A stretch of DNA of 64,000 nucleotides. Origin: a phage. Positions 33,332 to 43,559 of the stretch are shown piece by piece (the stretch's first letter is position 1; every line of letters starts with the position of its first letter). Under the pieces are notes generated by a model. That model ran no database searches. It saw only the letters and a list, made by a program, of their open reading frames with translations, and was not told where the DNA came from. A program made the position numbers and the translations under genes. The DNA lies in sequence record PZ445517.1. One strand, written 5' to 3'.

Positions 33332-33414
33332 AGACCTTCCCCTTATGTTTCTGTTTACGATTAGATTCTTTAAACGCTTTCTTCTTATCTTTATGAACAG
33401 AAGCTTTATTAAAA

Positions 33415-33633
33415 TTATGTTTTGCGACTAAATTGTTCATAGTGCTGAATTACCTCTCTTAAACATTTGCATGTGAATGAAAACTTTTTAGCTACACCAC
33501 ACTCAAATATATGTTCTCTTAAATCACGTGTGTCAGTATATCCCATCTCAACGATAAAGTGCCGTATTAGATTTTTATCTTTATCGTTGAGAGAATTAAA
33601 ATAATCTGATTTTGAATTAATTTCCCTGGCCAA
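33415..33633 (-). CDS. hypothetical protein (arn.1 position)
   Basis: 72-aa ORF. Confidence 0.4.
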   Translation of the reverse strand: MAREINSKSDYFNSLNDKDKNLIRHFIVEMGYTDTRDLREHIFECGVAKKFSFTCKCLREVIQHYEQFSRKT

Positions 33634-33913
33634 ATTGAATCACCTTCAGTTGACGTTTTAGCTCTTTTATCATCTCTTCGTTCATCGCAATATAAAGATC
33701 ACGTAAAGCAGGTTTTAACATTCCATTTATTGGGGAACTAAATGGACATACATAATCTTTTCCTACGAGCTTTTTAGTTAATTCCATATCACAAAACTGA
33801 AATGCAGGTTCATTAGCATAAATTCCCCAATTAGTTGACATCATTTTATTGGCATATTCCAACGCCTGGATTTGATTAGTAATTCCGTCAATTTGAAACT
33901 TTTTAATATTCAT
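33617..33913 (-). CDS. hypothetical protein (arn.2 position)
   Basis: 98-aa ORF. Confidence 0.4.
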   Translation of the reverse strand: MNIKKFQIDGITNQIQALEYANKMMSTNWGIYANEPAFQFCDMELTKKLVGKDYVCPFSSPINGMLKPALRDLYIAMNEEMIKELKRQLKVIQFGQGN

Positions 33914-34374
33914 TAGTAAAGGTCCTCAGAGTAAAGTTCTTTTTCACTACCACCGCGTTCAATACGTACTTGTCCAGCGTAAGTTGCAATAATCATTGCT
34001 TCTTCACGTGTCCAATAATTACTGTATTGGTCAATAAACCCTTGATCATCATCACAAACTTGCTGAGTAACTAATTGAGGTTTAACTACATCTAAAACTG
34101 CTGCCATGTCTTTAGAATAATGACGAGCACCTGGAATAACAAGAGTTCGTCCATCTTTTAATTTAAAACGGTTGGCTGCGCAAACAATTCGTCGTTGATA
34201 CTTTTGGTTTTCGTCCCAATATGCAGACTGCCAACAGATTTCAGGAACTTCTTTCAGAATATCTTCTTCTGTGCATTTATAACCATGCGCTTTAAATTTT
34301 TCAACAAGACTTTCTGGAGTTTCACGAGATAAAGGAACATTCAGCATTTTTAAACGATTAATAAATGGGTTCAT
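33913..34374 (-). CDS. hypothetical protein (arn.3 position)
   Basis: 153-aa ORF. Confidence 0.4.
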   Translation of the reverse strand: MNPFINRLKMLNVPLSRETPESLVEKFKAHGYKCTEEDILKEVPEICWQSAYWDENQKYQRRIVCAANRFKLKDGRTLVIPGARHYSKDMAAVLDVVKPQLVTQQVCDDDQGFIDQYSNYWTREEAMIIATYAGQVRIERGGSEKELYSEDLY

Positions 34375-34700
34375 TTAAACCATCCTTTAATACGTTGCCA
34401 CAAAGTTTTCTGTTGAGCTTTGTTAACACCAATTGAGCGAATAACTGGTTGAGATTCCTGGAATTCTTTATAATCAGCAAGGTAAATTTCGTAAGCTGAA
34501 TCTGTAAAGGAACTTATCGCTGCCATGAAATTATTGCGAATACCTACTGGAGCATCTTTACTTTCACGAATAATCATGTATTTACCAGTCTTAATCTTTA
34601 CGATAGTTCCAAGATAAGCTCCATGGTACCAGATGTCCCAACCCTCTTGAGTAGGTTCTGCGCAACGACGAAGTTCATTAACAATTTCTAACTTGTTCAT
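34371..34700 (-). CDS. hypothetical protein (arn.4 position)
   Basis: 109-aa ORF. Confidence 0.4.
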   Translation of the reverse strand: MNKLEIVNELRRCAEPTQEGWDIWYHGAYLGTIVKIKTGKYMIIRESKDAPVGIRNNFMAAISSFTDSAYEIYLADYKEFQESQPVIRSIGVNKAQQKTLWQRIKGWFK

Positions 34701-34710
34701 TATTTATTCC

Positions 34711-35346
34711 TCACAGTTCAGATGCTACAGTGATTACAGCTTCAATGTTTTCTGCCGAGCGTTTAATGTCAAGATACACATTACCGTTTTTAGCGATTTT
34801 ACATGACATTCCGATGTCAGTAAATTTCTGAATATGATGTTCCATCATTTTGTATCCAAAAATTCGCATATTTCCGTTGTTGTTAATTTCAAAATTACGA
34901 ATTCCGTGAGTGCGTTTTTCTAAAATAGCGAGATAGTTACTGCGATAAGTTTCAACCTTTTTAAGAACAAATCCATTTTCATCTAAAAGTTTTAACATGA
35001 GGTCTTTATCTTCTTCCATATCTGAAGTAATCTCGCGAGCTTTACGAGTTGCTCGTTTTTTCAGTAGTTCCGGAGCATTTTCCTGTGCATATAAAGTTGC
35101 TGCATTTGAAATAATATCCTGAGCTTCACCTGTAATGATTAATCCATCACCAGATTTCTCCACTAGGCCTTTTTTAATCAATACCCCAATATTACTATTA
35201 ACTACTGCGTTACCTAAATCTGGATGTACCTCACGAACTTCTGCAGCTGTAATGAAATCTTTCTTAGCAATGGTAATTAAAATCGCAGCAGTTTTTTCAT
35301 TCAGAACATCGTTAGAAGCTTTGATGATGTAAGTTACTTTAGACAT
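34711..35346 (-). CDS. motA: MotA activator of middle transcription
   Basis: 211 aa; early promoter cassette directly upstream (35388-35417); matches T4 MotA. Confidence 0.9.
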   Translation of the reverse strand: MSKVTYIIKASNDVLNEKTAAILITIAKKDFITAAEVREVHPDLGNAVVNSNIGVLIKKGLVEKSGDGLIITGEAQDIISNAATLYAQENAPELLKKRATRKAREITSDMEEDKDLMLKLLDENGFVLKKVETYRSNYLAILEKRTHGIRNFEINNNGNMRIFGYKMMEHHIQKFTDIGMSCKIAKNGNVYLDIKRSAENIEAVITVASEL

Positions 35347-35387
35347 TTTCTAATCTCCGTAATTCTGTATCAGTAGTTGATAGTTGT

Positions 35388-35417
35388 ATAGTACCACAGT
35401 ATGCTTTGGTTGTAAAC
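35388..35417 (-). promoter_or_regulatory. phage early promoter for motA (conserved cassette copy)
   Basis: Same cassette as 18902-18931, including conserved transcribed leader ACAACTATCAACTACTGATAC. Confidence 0.6.
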
Positions 35418-35442
35418 CTTTTTGTGAAAAAATTTTTGGAAT

Positions 35443-35468
35443 AAAAAAGGGAGAGCCGAGGCTCTCCC
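35443..35468 (-). terminator. intrinsic terminator downstream of gene 52
   Basis: GGGAGAGCC-UCGG-CUCUCCC hairpin + U-run. Confidence 0.6.
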
Positions 35469-35473
35469 TAAAA

Positions 35474-35623
35474 TTAATGCATGACTGTGATAACTGTCAT
35501 GATAACACGTTGAATGCCGAACGCAAGAAGACCTCCTGCTACAGCTGGAACAACACCTAAACCTGTCAGTAAAATGCTACCAGATACTAATGCCGCGCTT
35601 GTAATACCTATAAATGGACTCAT
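35474..35623 (-). CDS. small hydrophobic peptide (49 aa)
   Basis: Decoded by hand (MSPFIGITSAALVSGSILLTGLGVVPAVAGG...); ATGA overlap with gene 52 stop; not in ORF track (<60 aa). Confidence 0.35.
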   Translation of the reverse strand: MSPFIGITSAALVSGSILLTGLGVVPAVAGGLLAFGIQRVIMTVITVMH

Positions 35624-36948
35624 TTGATTTCCTCTAAATCTTTGGTGTATTCTGTAACTACATCAGTAGTTTTCCAATATTCGTTTTCTTCTTTCTTAGC
35701 TTTAGCTTCTTCAGCAAGTTTCTTTGCTTCATCGGAAGTCATATGAAAAATATTCATTCCGACTAGTTTATCAACATAAGAAGAATACATATCAATTTTA
35801 GAAAGTTCTTCGGTTAGTTCTTTGCGAGTTTTACCTTGCACAACAATTTCACCTGAAATTACTTTCTTAATGAAATGCGCCTTGGCAAAGGCTAAACGAA
35901 ATGCTGATTCAGTTTCTTTGATTTTGTTATCAATTCGTTTTTGGACATAAGTTTTACGAACTTCAACAAAGTCTTTAATTAAATCAACTACGTTATCGTA
36001 AACTTGCAGCTTTCCTTTCTCATTAATGACTGTAATATTCTGAGAACGACGCTCAATCAACCCGAAGTCTTTCATAATTTTTGCATGGCGTTCTTCTTCG
36101 TTATCACTCAAAGAATATTCTTTGCGGAATTTAATTTTAAAGCCAAAGCCATGCTCACCGCAAGCATCATCCCATGTAATGAAGCCTTTATCTTCAAGCG
36201 GATCTAAGATTTTACTCACGTAAGTTTCACGATCATACTTATACGGAATCTCAGTGATATTCATTTGAGTTCGTGAAGTAAACTTGTACGTTCCACGAAT
36301 TTCATATTGACCGTCAATTTCAACGACTTCACCACGAAATTCTGGGAATTCTACCTTCGGTTTAGTTACTTTCTTTCCTTGAAGAGCTTGTAGTACAGCT
36401 TTCTTGACAGAAGAAACACTATGAGGAAGAATGTAAGTTGCATAACCAGTTGCAATACCGGAAACACCATTAAGAAGAACAGTAGGAATAATAGGCAAAT
36501 AGAAAGCAGGAGGAATGTGTTCTTTATCTTGATGTACCGGAGCATATTCAGTATCTTTATATACGCTATAGAAATTTTTACTTACACGAGCAAAAATATA
36601 ACGACTTGCTGCTGCTTTTTGAACGGTACGAGAACCAAAGTTTCCTTGACCATCTAACAAAGGAAAGTTATTATTCCAAGTGTTAGCCATCAAAGCCCCC
36701 GCATCTTGTGCAGAGTTTTCGCCATGATGATATCCAAGGTCAGCTACACCACCTGCAATAGAAGCGAGTTTGTGAAACTTATCTTTATTTCCCCGTGCCA
36801 AATCAAGAGCTCGAGCGATAACAAATCGTTGAACTGGCTTAAATCCATCAATCATATTTGGAATAGCACGGTTTTCAACCGTGTACATAGCATAAGCCAA
36901 TGCTTCATTATCAATGATACTTTTTAAATCGCGATTATTCAGTTGCAT
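35620..36948 (-). CDS. 52: DNA topoisomerase II medium subunit gp52 (GyrA-like)
   Basis: 442 aa with GyrA-type N-terminal domain; matches T4 gp52. Confidence 0.9.
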   Translation of the reverse strand: MQLNNRDLKSIIDNEALAYAMYTVENRAIPNMIDGFKPVQRFVIARALDLARGNKDKFHKLASIAGGVADLGYHHGENSAQDAGALMANTWNNNFPLLDGQGNFGSRTVQKAAASRYIFARVSKNFYSVYKDTEYAPVHQDKEHIPPAFYLPIIPTVLLNGVSGIATGYATYILPHSVSSVKKAVLQALQGKKVTKPKVEFPEFRGEVVEIDGQYEIRGTYKFTSRTQMNITEIPYKYDRETYVSKILDPLEDKGFITWDDACGEHGFGFKIKFRKEYSLSDNEEERHAKIMKDFGLIERRSQNITVINEKGKLQVYDNVVDLIKDFVEVRKTYVQKRIDNKIKETESAFRLAFAKAHFIKKVISGEIVVQGKTRKELTEELSKIDMYSSYVDKLVGMNIFHMTSDEAKKLAEEAKAKKEENEYWKTTDVVTEYTKDLEEIK

Positions 36949-36952
36949 AAAT

Positions 36953-37093
36953 TTACCATACTAGTGAATGTAGTGCCATAATAACATCAGAAATGAAAAG
37001 CACGACTTGAATTAATCCGAACATTACTCCATAATATAGTGCTACCAATAAAGCAGCAAGGGCTAATGAATAGCCCAAGATTTTCTTAATCAT
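36953..37093 (-). CDS. small hydrophobic membrane peptide (46 aa)
   Basis: Decoded by hand (MIKKILGYSLALAALLVALYYGVMFGLIQVVLF...); overlaps ac stop. Confidence 0.35.
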   Translation of the reverse strand: MIKKILGYSLALAALLVALYYGVMFGLIQVVLFISDVIMALHSLVW

Positions 37094-37244
37094 TAGTAGA
37101 TAACAACACAAATGTTAAATATGCACACATACCCTGGGCTAAAGCTTGTGAAAACACACTGCTAGCATCAATACAAATAGTTAAAACACATGCTACTATC
37201 CAACAAATAAATGAAATAACTCCTAATAATTTTGCAATATTCAT
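37086..37244 (-). CDS. ac: Ac (acridine sensitivity) small membrane protein
   Basis: 52-aa hydrophobic ORF decoded by hand, between 52 and stp as in T4 (T4 Ac 51 aa). Confidence 0.55.
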   Translation of the reverse strand: MNIAKLLGVISFICWIVACVLTICIDASSVFSQALAQGMCAYLTFVLLSTND

Positions 37245-37251
37245 ATTTTCC

Positions 37252-37332
37252 TCACTGGCGTCCGAAGACGCCTTTAGTTTTAAGATTGTTACGATAGAAC
37301 TGCATCACGTGTTCGTTGTGGAAATTACTCAT
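37252..37332 (-). CDS. stp: Stp peptide (activator of host PrrC anticodon nuclease)
   Basis: 26-aa peptide [26 protein letters not shown] decoded by hand; matches recalled T4 Stp; TAATG overlap with ndd stop. Confidence 0.8.
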
Positions 37333-37787
37333 TAATACGCCTGCAACACAAATTTAAAGTTATCAGCCAACATACGGTTCATTTCTTCAAGTGTTTGATA
37401 CTCAGAATGATGATTACGAGTAAACGCTAAAGATAACTGACCTTTTCCAAATCCCGTCGTCAAAGGTTTCATCTTAGAAGCAGGTAGATAAAATACTGTG
37501 TATGCAACATTGTTATTCGCAATAGTACGCGCAAGCTGAGACCGACGCTGACGAATATGACTTAGAACTGCACTGAATCCTTGCTTAGAACGCTGATTAC
37601 CTACATAAAACCGCGCCGATACACACGGACTATCAAATGGACCACCAAATTTACTCACTAAAAAGTAAAATCCAGGGTTAGACAAAATGTCTTTATGCGG
37701 AGTTCCAAAAACCCATTCACCGCCCTTGATTGTACCAATAACAGTTGCGCCTGCATTATTCAAATCAGTAACAGTCATATATTTCAT
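37332..37787 (-). CDS. ndd: Ndd nucleoid disruption protein
   Basis: 151 aa (T4 Ndd 151 aa), position between stp and denB. Confidence 0.75.
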
Positions 37788-37846
37788 GTTAATTTCCTCT
37801 AATTATTTTCTACTCCAAGGCCGCATGAATACATACGGCCGATAAA

Positions 37847-38062
37847 TTAATCGTCGCAGTCGACACTTAATTCCCAGAATTCTTCTACAGTATAAGTTTC
37901 AGTATCATTTTCAATACAGAAACGTTCATTACTGTTATTTGCTAAAGTAGCGTTAACTGTCATTTTCTCGCTAGTGCTTTTAAGAGGTGAAATACGAATT
38001 AACTGATCACCACTATCTAAGCAAAAAATTTCACCAACTTTTACATCTTTAAAGATTTTCAT
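37847..38062 (-). CDS. hypothetical protein (ndd.1 position)
   Basis: 71-aa ORF. Confidence 0.4.
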   Translation of the reverse strand: MKIFKDVKVGEIFCLDSGDQLIRISPLKSTSEKMTVNATLANNSNERFCIENDTETYTVEEFWELSVDCDD

Positions 38063-38177
38063 AATTCACCTCAAGGAGTATAAAACCCAAACGCAGTTGT
38101 TGACCATCCCATCCAATATGGGAAATTTGCACCAATGTAAAATACAAGAATATAAAACCAAATGCTTAGTAAATTCA

Positions 38178-38396
38178 TTATTTTACACCATTCCAAATTG
38201 TTTCAACCACAGATTTTAAGCCATTTTGATGAATGTCCATTCCGACAACTGCCATCAAATAAATTCCAACCACAACTGAACCCAAGGCGAAAATCAGCAT
38301 GAAAATGAATAAAGCTGGAAAAATATTATCGAAAAACCATTCAATAAATGTAAAAGCACTACGTTTACGCTTCATATTTTCCTCACATAAATCCAA
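38178..38396 (-). CDS. small membrane protein
   Basis: 72-aa ORF with two predicted TM segments. Confidence 0.4.
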   Translation of the reverse strand: MDLCEENMKRKRSAFTFIEWFFDNIFPALFIFMLIFALGSVVVGIYLMAVVGMDIHQNGLKSVVETIWNGVK

Positions 38397-38496
38397 AGTA
38401 AGCGTTTAATACATCAATCATTAAAACGATTGGGAATATACTCAAAACTACTAGTATTATAACTACATTCCATATAGCTTTAACAATCTTTTTCAT
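38383..38496 (-). CDS. small membrane peptide (37 aa)
   Basis: ATG at 38496 with GGAGGAA RBS; the longer track ORF (to 38631) would run across early promoter 38525-38554, so the short form is preferred. Confidence 0.4.
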   Translation of the reverse strand: MKKIVKAIWNVVIILVVLSIFPIVLMIDVLNAYFGFM

Positions 38497-38524
38497 TTTC
38501 TGTTCCTCCGTAGTTGATAGTTGT

Positions 38525-38554
38525 ATAGTACCACAGAGGAACAGTCTTGTAAAC
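38525..38554 (-). promoter_or_regulatory. phage early promoter (conserved cassette copy)
   Basis: GTTTACAAGACTGTTCCTCTGTGGTACTATACAACTATCAACTAC. Confidence 0.55.
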
Positions 38555-38739
38555 AACTTTTTTAAAAATATTCGTAATAAATGTGAATACCAATCACTAC
38601 TGCCGAAACTTGCGCAACCCACCACGCACAAGCAATAAGTACAGAATTAAAAATTTTCATAATAACCTCATCACAAAAGTAAATGTTAAACAAATTAATG
38701 GAATACTAATTAACCAAACAAAACACCACCATAATGAAC

Positions 38740-39012
38740 TCATAGTTCAATCTCAGCGATTTTCATTTCATTACTATTAATAGCCGCTTTAAGACTATCT
38801 GAAAGAATTACATTCCAGTGGTCATTCATATGACCATTAACTAAGCGTGTAATTTCTTCGGGAGTTGAAAAATAAGGCGTATCAGACTCCCAATGCGATA
38901 GTCCCAAGCGAGTATAAATCATACCTTCATCGTCGCTAGAATATTCAACTGACACAAACTCATCAGTTATTTTATGTTTAGCGTAATAAAATTTAAATTT
39001 CATTTTACTCAA
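38740..39012 (-). CDS. hypothetical protein
   Basis: 90-aa ORF in ndd-denB intergenic cluster. Confidence 0.4.
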   Translation of the reverse strand: MSKMKFKFYYAKHKITDEFVSVEYSSDDEGMIYTRLGLSHWESDTPYFSTPEEITRLVNGHMNDHWNVILSDSLKAAINSNEMKIAEIEL

Positions 39013-39215
39013 TAATCCGCTAAAAGATCGACGATTGCATCACGAAGACACTTATTCGCAATACGTTTAAGAGCAATTTCAGTTTCTGGAGCATTTTGAA
39101 TAATCATTGAATTCAATTCAGCCTCAGCAAACTGAAGTTCTTTAACTAATTCAGCTTTATATTTTCCTTGACCTTTCTTAGCTTTTGCTCGTTTTAATTC
39201 AGCTGTAGTAAACAT
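39009..39215 (-). CDS. hypothetical protein
   Basis: ATG at 39215 with GGAGAA RBS downstream of early promoter 39250-39279; longer track ORF would span the promoter. Confidence 0.4.
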   Translation of the reverse strand: MFTTAELKRAKAKKGQGKYKAELVKELQFAEAELNSMIIQNAPETEIALKRIANKCLRDAIVDLLADY

Positions 39216-39249
39216 TTTTATTCTCCAATCCATATCAGTTGATAGTTGT

Positions 39250-39279
39250 ATAGTACCACGGTCCTTGTGATATGTAAAC
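39250..39279 (-). promoter_or_regulatory. phage early promoter (conserved cassette copy)
   Basis: GTTTACATATCACAAGGACCGTGGTACTATACAACTATCAACTG. Confidence 0.55.
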
Positions 39280-39295
39280 TGTTTTGTGAAAATTT

Positions 39296-39853
39296 TTAAA
39301 TGGAAAGATACCATCCGTTGTAGTTGCTTTTTCTTACAACCTTACGAAGGTCTTCTCTATCACCGATGAACTTCGGAGTGTACTGGATGACACCTGGATG
39401 AATTTCTTTAGTGTTGAATATAATTATACAGTCAGCGACCTGATGATTCAGAATGGGCCCTAGATTTATTCCAGAACCGTATGGATACTCTCCGCTGCAT
39501 CCTGTTGTTACCGAAATCCAACGTGAGTCAGTTTGATGTGTCTTAACTTCTACACGAAGCCCGCAGTATTTTGGATGCGCCAGTACATCCCACGCATATG
39601 TATACGGGTCATTAACATCCTCTTGGCCTTTGTTAACATACCCGCTTAGCCAATCTGCTACAAAAAACTCTGCATACACAGCGATACGACATCTTTCAAT
39701 AACTTCTGCTTTATCCTGATTCGGATTTTGTTTTAAAGAGTATCTTGCTGTATCAGCAATTTTGACCTTCATTTCACTAGTCAAGTCACTGTTCAATAGG
39801 GTAAATGTCGGAATCTGAAATAGTCTCTGTAAACCCGGATTCGTTTTCTGCAT
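39296..39853 (-). CDS. denB: endonuclease IV (dC-specific ssDNA endonuclease)
   Basis: 185 aa (T4 DenB 185 aa); position adjacent to rIIB. Confidence 0.8.
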   Translation of the reverse strand: MQKTNPGLQRLFQIPTFTLLNSDLTSEMKVKIADTARYSLKQNPNQDKAEVIERCRIAVYAEFFVADWLSGYVNKGQEDVNDPYTYAWDVLAHPKYCGLRVEVKTHQTDSRWISVTTGCSGEYPYGSGINLGPILNHQVADCIIIFNTKEIHPGVIQYTPKFIGDREDLRKVVRKSNYNGWYLSI

Positions 39854-39939
39854 TAAACTTTCCTTTTACGTCGGAATCACTGATATTCATATAATAAATC
39901 ATAGTTTCCCTTAAAACAAAAGGGCCGAAGCCCTTTATT

Positions 39940-40134
39940 TTATTTGAATTGTGCAATTCTTTTCTCTAAACAATCTGCATAAGATTTCATTGAGATAAAC
40001 TGCGAAAGCAACAGTTCTTGCTCAACTGCATTAACCGCTGAAAACTTTTCACTTTCTAAAAATTTGCTCAGTGCATTAATTTTGAGCATTAATTGATCGT
40101 ATTCTTCTTTTACTCGTGCTTGATAACCTAACAT
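39940..40134 (-). CDS. hypothetical protein
   Basis: 64-aa ORF flanked by UUCG hairpins. Confidence 0.4.
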   Translation of the reverse strand: MLGYQARVKEEYDQLMLKINALSKFLESEKFSAVNAVEQELLLSQFISMKSYADCLEKRIAQFK

Positions 40135-40162
40135 AATTTTCCTTAGTTAAGGGCCGAAGCCC

Positions 40163-41101
40163 TTATTTAAATTGTTCAGTAACGTCTTCAACTACTTCAT
40201 ATTGACAGGTACGCATTTTAGCATCGTTGTAATCAATCGGAATTGATACTACATCGCGAGGATGTACTTTAACTTTTACAACTCGGCTGGTTGAACTGCC
40301 AAAGTGACGAATATAAGATTTAGAACACACATGCAGACCACGAGAACAAGTTTGTGTATCATCGTCATTCACACGAGTGCGTGGCATTTTAACTACTTTA
40401 CCAGGACTGTTATCAAAGGTGTTTGAGTGACAGTCAAAGTAATTGCTGCGAACTACTTTCCAAGCATAGAAGTAACCGTCTTCTGTAATTTCAATATCGT
40501 TTGCTACCAAGAAATCAAAGAGTCGAGATACCGCTTTTTGGCTCGGGTTTTCCAGCAGATTTTCCAAGAACGGAAAATAAAATTCAAAGTTTTCGCCTTT
40601 TTCCATCGAATCGAGAATACGATCAACTAAACCAGATCGCAATTCAATGTTTTGATAGAACAAGCTTCCACCTTCAATTCGAACATCACCGGAAATATAT
40701 TTTTCAACAGCGCGACGAACGTTAATTTTTTGTGCCGCTTCTTCCAATTTATCTGCAACAAGCAGGTTAAGAATTTCCTGGAAGTTTGAATGAGTATTAG
40801 GAGTTGCGTTATAAGTTACGCCATCAACAGTAATTGAAATGAATTTTTTAGATGCATTCCAAATAATGTCAGATTTAGCAACTGGAGCAATAGCTACATC
40901 ACTCTTAACTTCAACTGTAATGTCACCGCTAATGGTAACTTTGGAGCGTTCAGCTTCTTCAGCATTTTTCAAAACACGACGGATTGTGTCAACCGATACA
41001 CCTTGCCAATCAGCCAATTCCTGTTGGGTGTAATTACCGCTTGAATACAGTTTGACAATTTCAGCTTGTTCGTTTTTGGTCAGGCATTTAATATTGTACA
41101 T
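40163..41101 (-). CDS. rIIB: rIIB
   Basis: 312 aa, MYNIKCLTKNEQAEIVKLYSSGNYTQQELADWQGVSVDTIRRVLKN...; matches recalled T4 rIIB. Confidence 0.95.
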   Translation of the reverse strand: MYNIKCLTKNEQAEIVKLYSSGNYTQQELADWQGVSVDTIRRVLKNAEEAERSKVTISGDITVEVKSDVAIAPVAKSDIIWNASKKFISITVDGVTYNATPNTHSNFQEILNLLVADKLEEAAQKINVRRAVEKYISGDVRIEGGSLFYQNIELRSGLVDRILDSMEKGENFEFYFPFLENLLENPSQKAVSRLFDFLVANDIEITEDGYFYAWKVVRSNYFDCHSNTFDNSPGKVVKMPRTRVNDDDTQTCSRGLHVCSKSYIRHFGSSTSRVVKVKVHPRDVVSIPIDYNDAKMRTCQYEVVEDVTEQFK

Positions 41102-41112
41102 AATTTTCCTTA

Positions 41113-43290
41113 TTAGGCCGCAAGGGCCTTCATAGTTTTAGCGATTTGGGAAACTTCATCATCACTTAAAGAGTTGCGATAACCGATGAAGTCGGAAACA
41201 ATACGGAATTTCTTGGTAAACTCAGCAACCATTTTATCACTGTTTTTTGAAGCATTATTTGATAATACATCAAAAAGATTAGTTACTGTCCAGATGTCAT
41301 GACCGATAGTATCTTTTCCACCGTTGAAATATACACCCTGTAATGAACTAACCATATTAGCGAGTCGTGTATATTCTTCAGAAACTTCATCTACACTGAA
41401 GTACTTCATCATAAAATCTAGTTCAGGATACTTAATAATTTTATCAATATATCGTTTAGCTGAACTTGAATAACCTACATACTTATCATAATCTACATCA
41501 TCAAAAGCATCTACATATAAATCACGCAGAGTTTCAAAAATACATTGGCACTGACCAAGTTCTTTTACCTTTTTCTGCAAAAGCGGACGAATAACATAAA
41601 ATTCATTAATGCCAATAATATTAGCCATACGAGTCAAAATATTCGTAGATGGATGACAAAGCGATGTAGTACCATCCATAGAGAAAATATCAGAACGATG
41701 CATGTATGCTACATAACCAGTAATTTCATCTGCTTCTGATGTGAGCGTAAACAGTTCCTCTTTTTCCCAACGACCGTCTTTAATTTCAAACTTAAATGCA
41801 GTAGCAGCTTTAGGACGAGGAGCTTTACTTTTAACTGCCTTCGGAATATAACTTTTAACTAAATCTTCAATTTCTGACAAATAATGAATGTTAACTTCAT
41901 CACTTTCAAACATTGCCATAATATCAGGGAGTAAATCAATCTGCGATTCTACTTCCGGATTAATAAACAGAAGACGCTCATTGTGATGAATATTCAAAGT
42001 GTTATTAAATTCATTATCATCTAACGCACGTGCTAATCCACGGACAATATTAACACGATTTTTAATATTATCAATAACGATATTAATTTTTGTTGTGTTA
42101 ATACCAAACAGACGATAACTTGATGCAACGGCTGAAGTTTCATGGCTTTGCTTAATGCGTTTCAGTCGAGGGTCAAGATTTACTTCATACACAACTCCTG
42201 CATTGCATAACTTACTATCAGGTTCAAACATACTCTGCATCTTCTTATATGACAGATTTTTAGTCGTGAATTTGACTGAATTACTAATCATATAATCTCG
42301 AGCAGAATACCCCATCTTCATCAATTCACGATATGTGTGACGAGGAGATGTAGATTCTTTAAATCGTTTTACATCTTCATTGAATGCCTTCTCACTAAGC
42401 TCTTTAACACGCTCAATAATATTTTTACGAGTACGATCGTCCAGTGAAAGAGCCTCACGTGATGGAGCAATATCAAGTGAACCCATTGGAAACTTAATGT
42501 AATTCACTTCATTGCGGATGCTTAACCAGTTACGGTCTCTAATAACACCATCGATAGGATAAACAATACCACCATAGATAGCATATAATCCACCACGATC
42601 TGGCCAGTATCTTTCTGGATTTACACCGTAATAGTCATCAAAATCCGGAAAATAGTCAATTTCACGGTCAAGACCATTAATGATAGCCAAATCTTTGAAC
42701 GGCCGCATGATATAAGAAACTTCATAAGCAAAGTTTCTAAAGTCTTTTTCTTCAACTGGAACTACGATTTCAATACCAGTTTTATCATCTGGACCCATTT
42801 CTTTCACGAATGTAGGTTTAATTTGTGGACCATCGCCATCCATGTAAGCTACATAACCACGAATTTCACCTTTATGATACGAAGTAATACTAAATGTATC
42901 AGTATAACTAAACGGAGATTTAGAACCTAAACCAAATCCGCCAATGAAATCGTTAGATTCAGCCTTAGATGAACTGAAGTATGAATTATACAAACCAGGA
43001 GAATTATCATCACCCTGAATATCAAAATCACTCATACCCGGACCAAAATCTCGGCAAACAAATCGTGGATCTAAACGTCCAGGAACTTGAATGATAAATT
43101 TTTCAGGATTTCCATTGAGAGCATGGGCATCAATCATGTTGGTAATCAATTCACGGACTACTGCGCGAATTTTGTTTGTATACAAATCAGATGACAGAAT
43201 TTTAAATACTTTAGGATTTGCTGCGATGCTAAATGCTTTTGATTTAGAACCATTGCCAAGAATAGTTTCTTTTTCAGTGGTGATAATCAT
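41113..43290 (-). CDS. rIIA: rIIA
   Basis: 725 aa with GHKL-type ATPase motifs near N-terminus; matches T4 rIIA size and sequence. Confidence 0.95.
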   Translation of the reverse strand: MIITTEKETILGNGSKSKAFSIAANPKVFKILSSDLYTNKIRAVVRELITNMIDAHALNGNPEKFIIQVPGRLDPRFVCRDFGPGMSDFDIQGDDNSPGLYNSYFSSSKAESNDFIGGFGLGSKSPFSYTDTFSITSYHKGEIRGYVAYMDGDGPQIKPTFVKEMGPDDKTGIEIVVPVEEKDFRNFAYEVSYIMRPFKDLAIINGLDREIDYFPDFDDYYGVNPERYWPDRGGLYAIYGGIVYPIDGVIRDRNWLSIRNEVNYIKFPMGSLDIAPSREALSLDDRTRKNIIERVKELSEKAFNEDVKRFKESTSPRHTYRELMKMGYSARDYMISNSVKFTTKNLSYKKMQSMFEPDSKLCNAGVVYEVNLDPRLKRIKQSHETSAVASSYRLFGINTTKINIVIDNIKNRVNIVRGLARALDDNEFNNTLNIHHNERLLFINPEVESQIDLLPDIMAMFESDEVNIHYLSEIEDLVKSYIPKAVKSKAPRPKAATAFKFEIKDGRWEKEELFTLTSEADEITGYVAYMHRSDIFSMDGTTSLCHPSTNILTRMANIIGINEFYVIRPLLQKKVKELGQCQCIFETLRDLYVDAFDDVDYDKYVGYSSSAKRYIDKIIKYPELDFMMKYFSVDEVSEEYTRLANMVSSLQGVYFNGGKDTIGHDIWTVTNLFDVLSNNASKNSDKMVAEFTKKFRIVSDFIGYRNSLSDDEVSQIAKTMKALAA

Positions 43291-43300
43291 AATTTCCTCA

Positions 43301-43504
43301 TTAATTCATATTGCGTTTAATAACTTCAGCAACTTCTAGTAGTTCGTCTTTAGTTGCGGTGTCGGATTGAATTTTATCTCTAATATCCTTAAAGCGGTTT
43401 TTAAACTCTTCAGCTTCTCCCATATCGAAAAAGCGTTGAATGATTCTATATTCTCGATGAACTGCTTTATCAAAAAGTTCTAAATTTACTTTATATGATT
43501 TCAT
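43301..43504 (-). CDS. hypothetical protein (rIIA.1 position)
   Basis: 67-aa ORF downstream of early promoter 43530-43559. Confidence 0.45.
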   Translation of the reverse strand: MKSYKVNLELFDKAVHREYRIIQRFFDMGEAEEFKNRFKDIRDKIQSDTATKDELLEVAEVIKRNMN

Positions 43505-43529
43505 TTCAATATCCTCATTTGCCCAATTA

Positions 43530-43559
43530 ATTATACCACATCCTTGTGGTAAAGTAAAC
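43530..43559 (-). promoter_or_regulatory. phage early promoter upstream of rIIA.1/rIIA
   Basis: GTTTAC + 17 bp + TGGTATAAT; -35 overlaps gene 39 stop codon. Confidence 0.5.

Noticed and set aside
38497-38631. N-terminal extension of track ORF 38383..38631
   Set aside because: Would place coding sequence across an early promoter; an internal ATG with a strong RBS gives a 37-aa membrane peptide instead.
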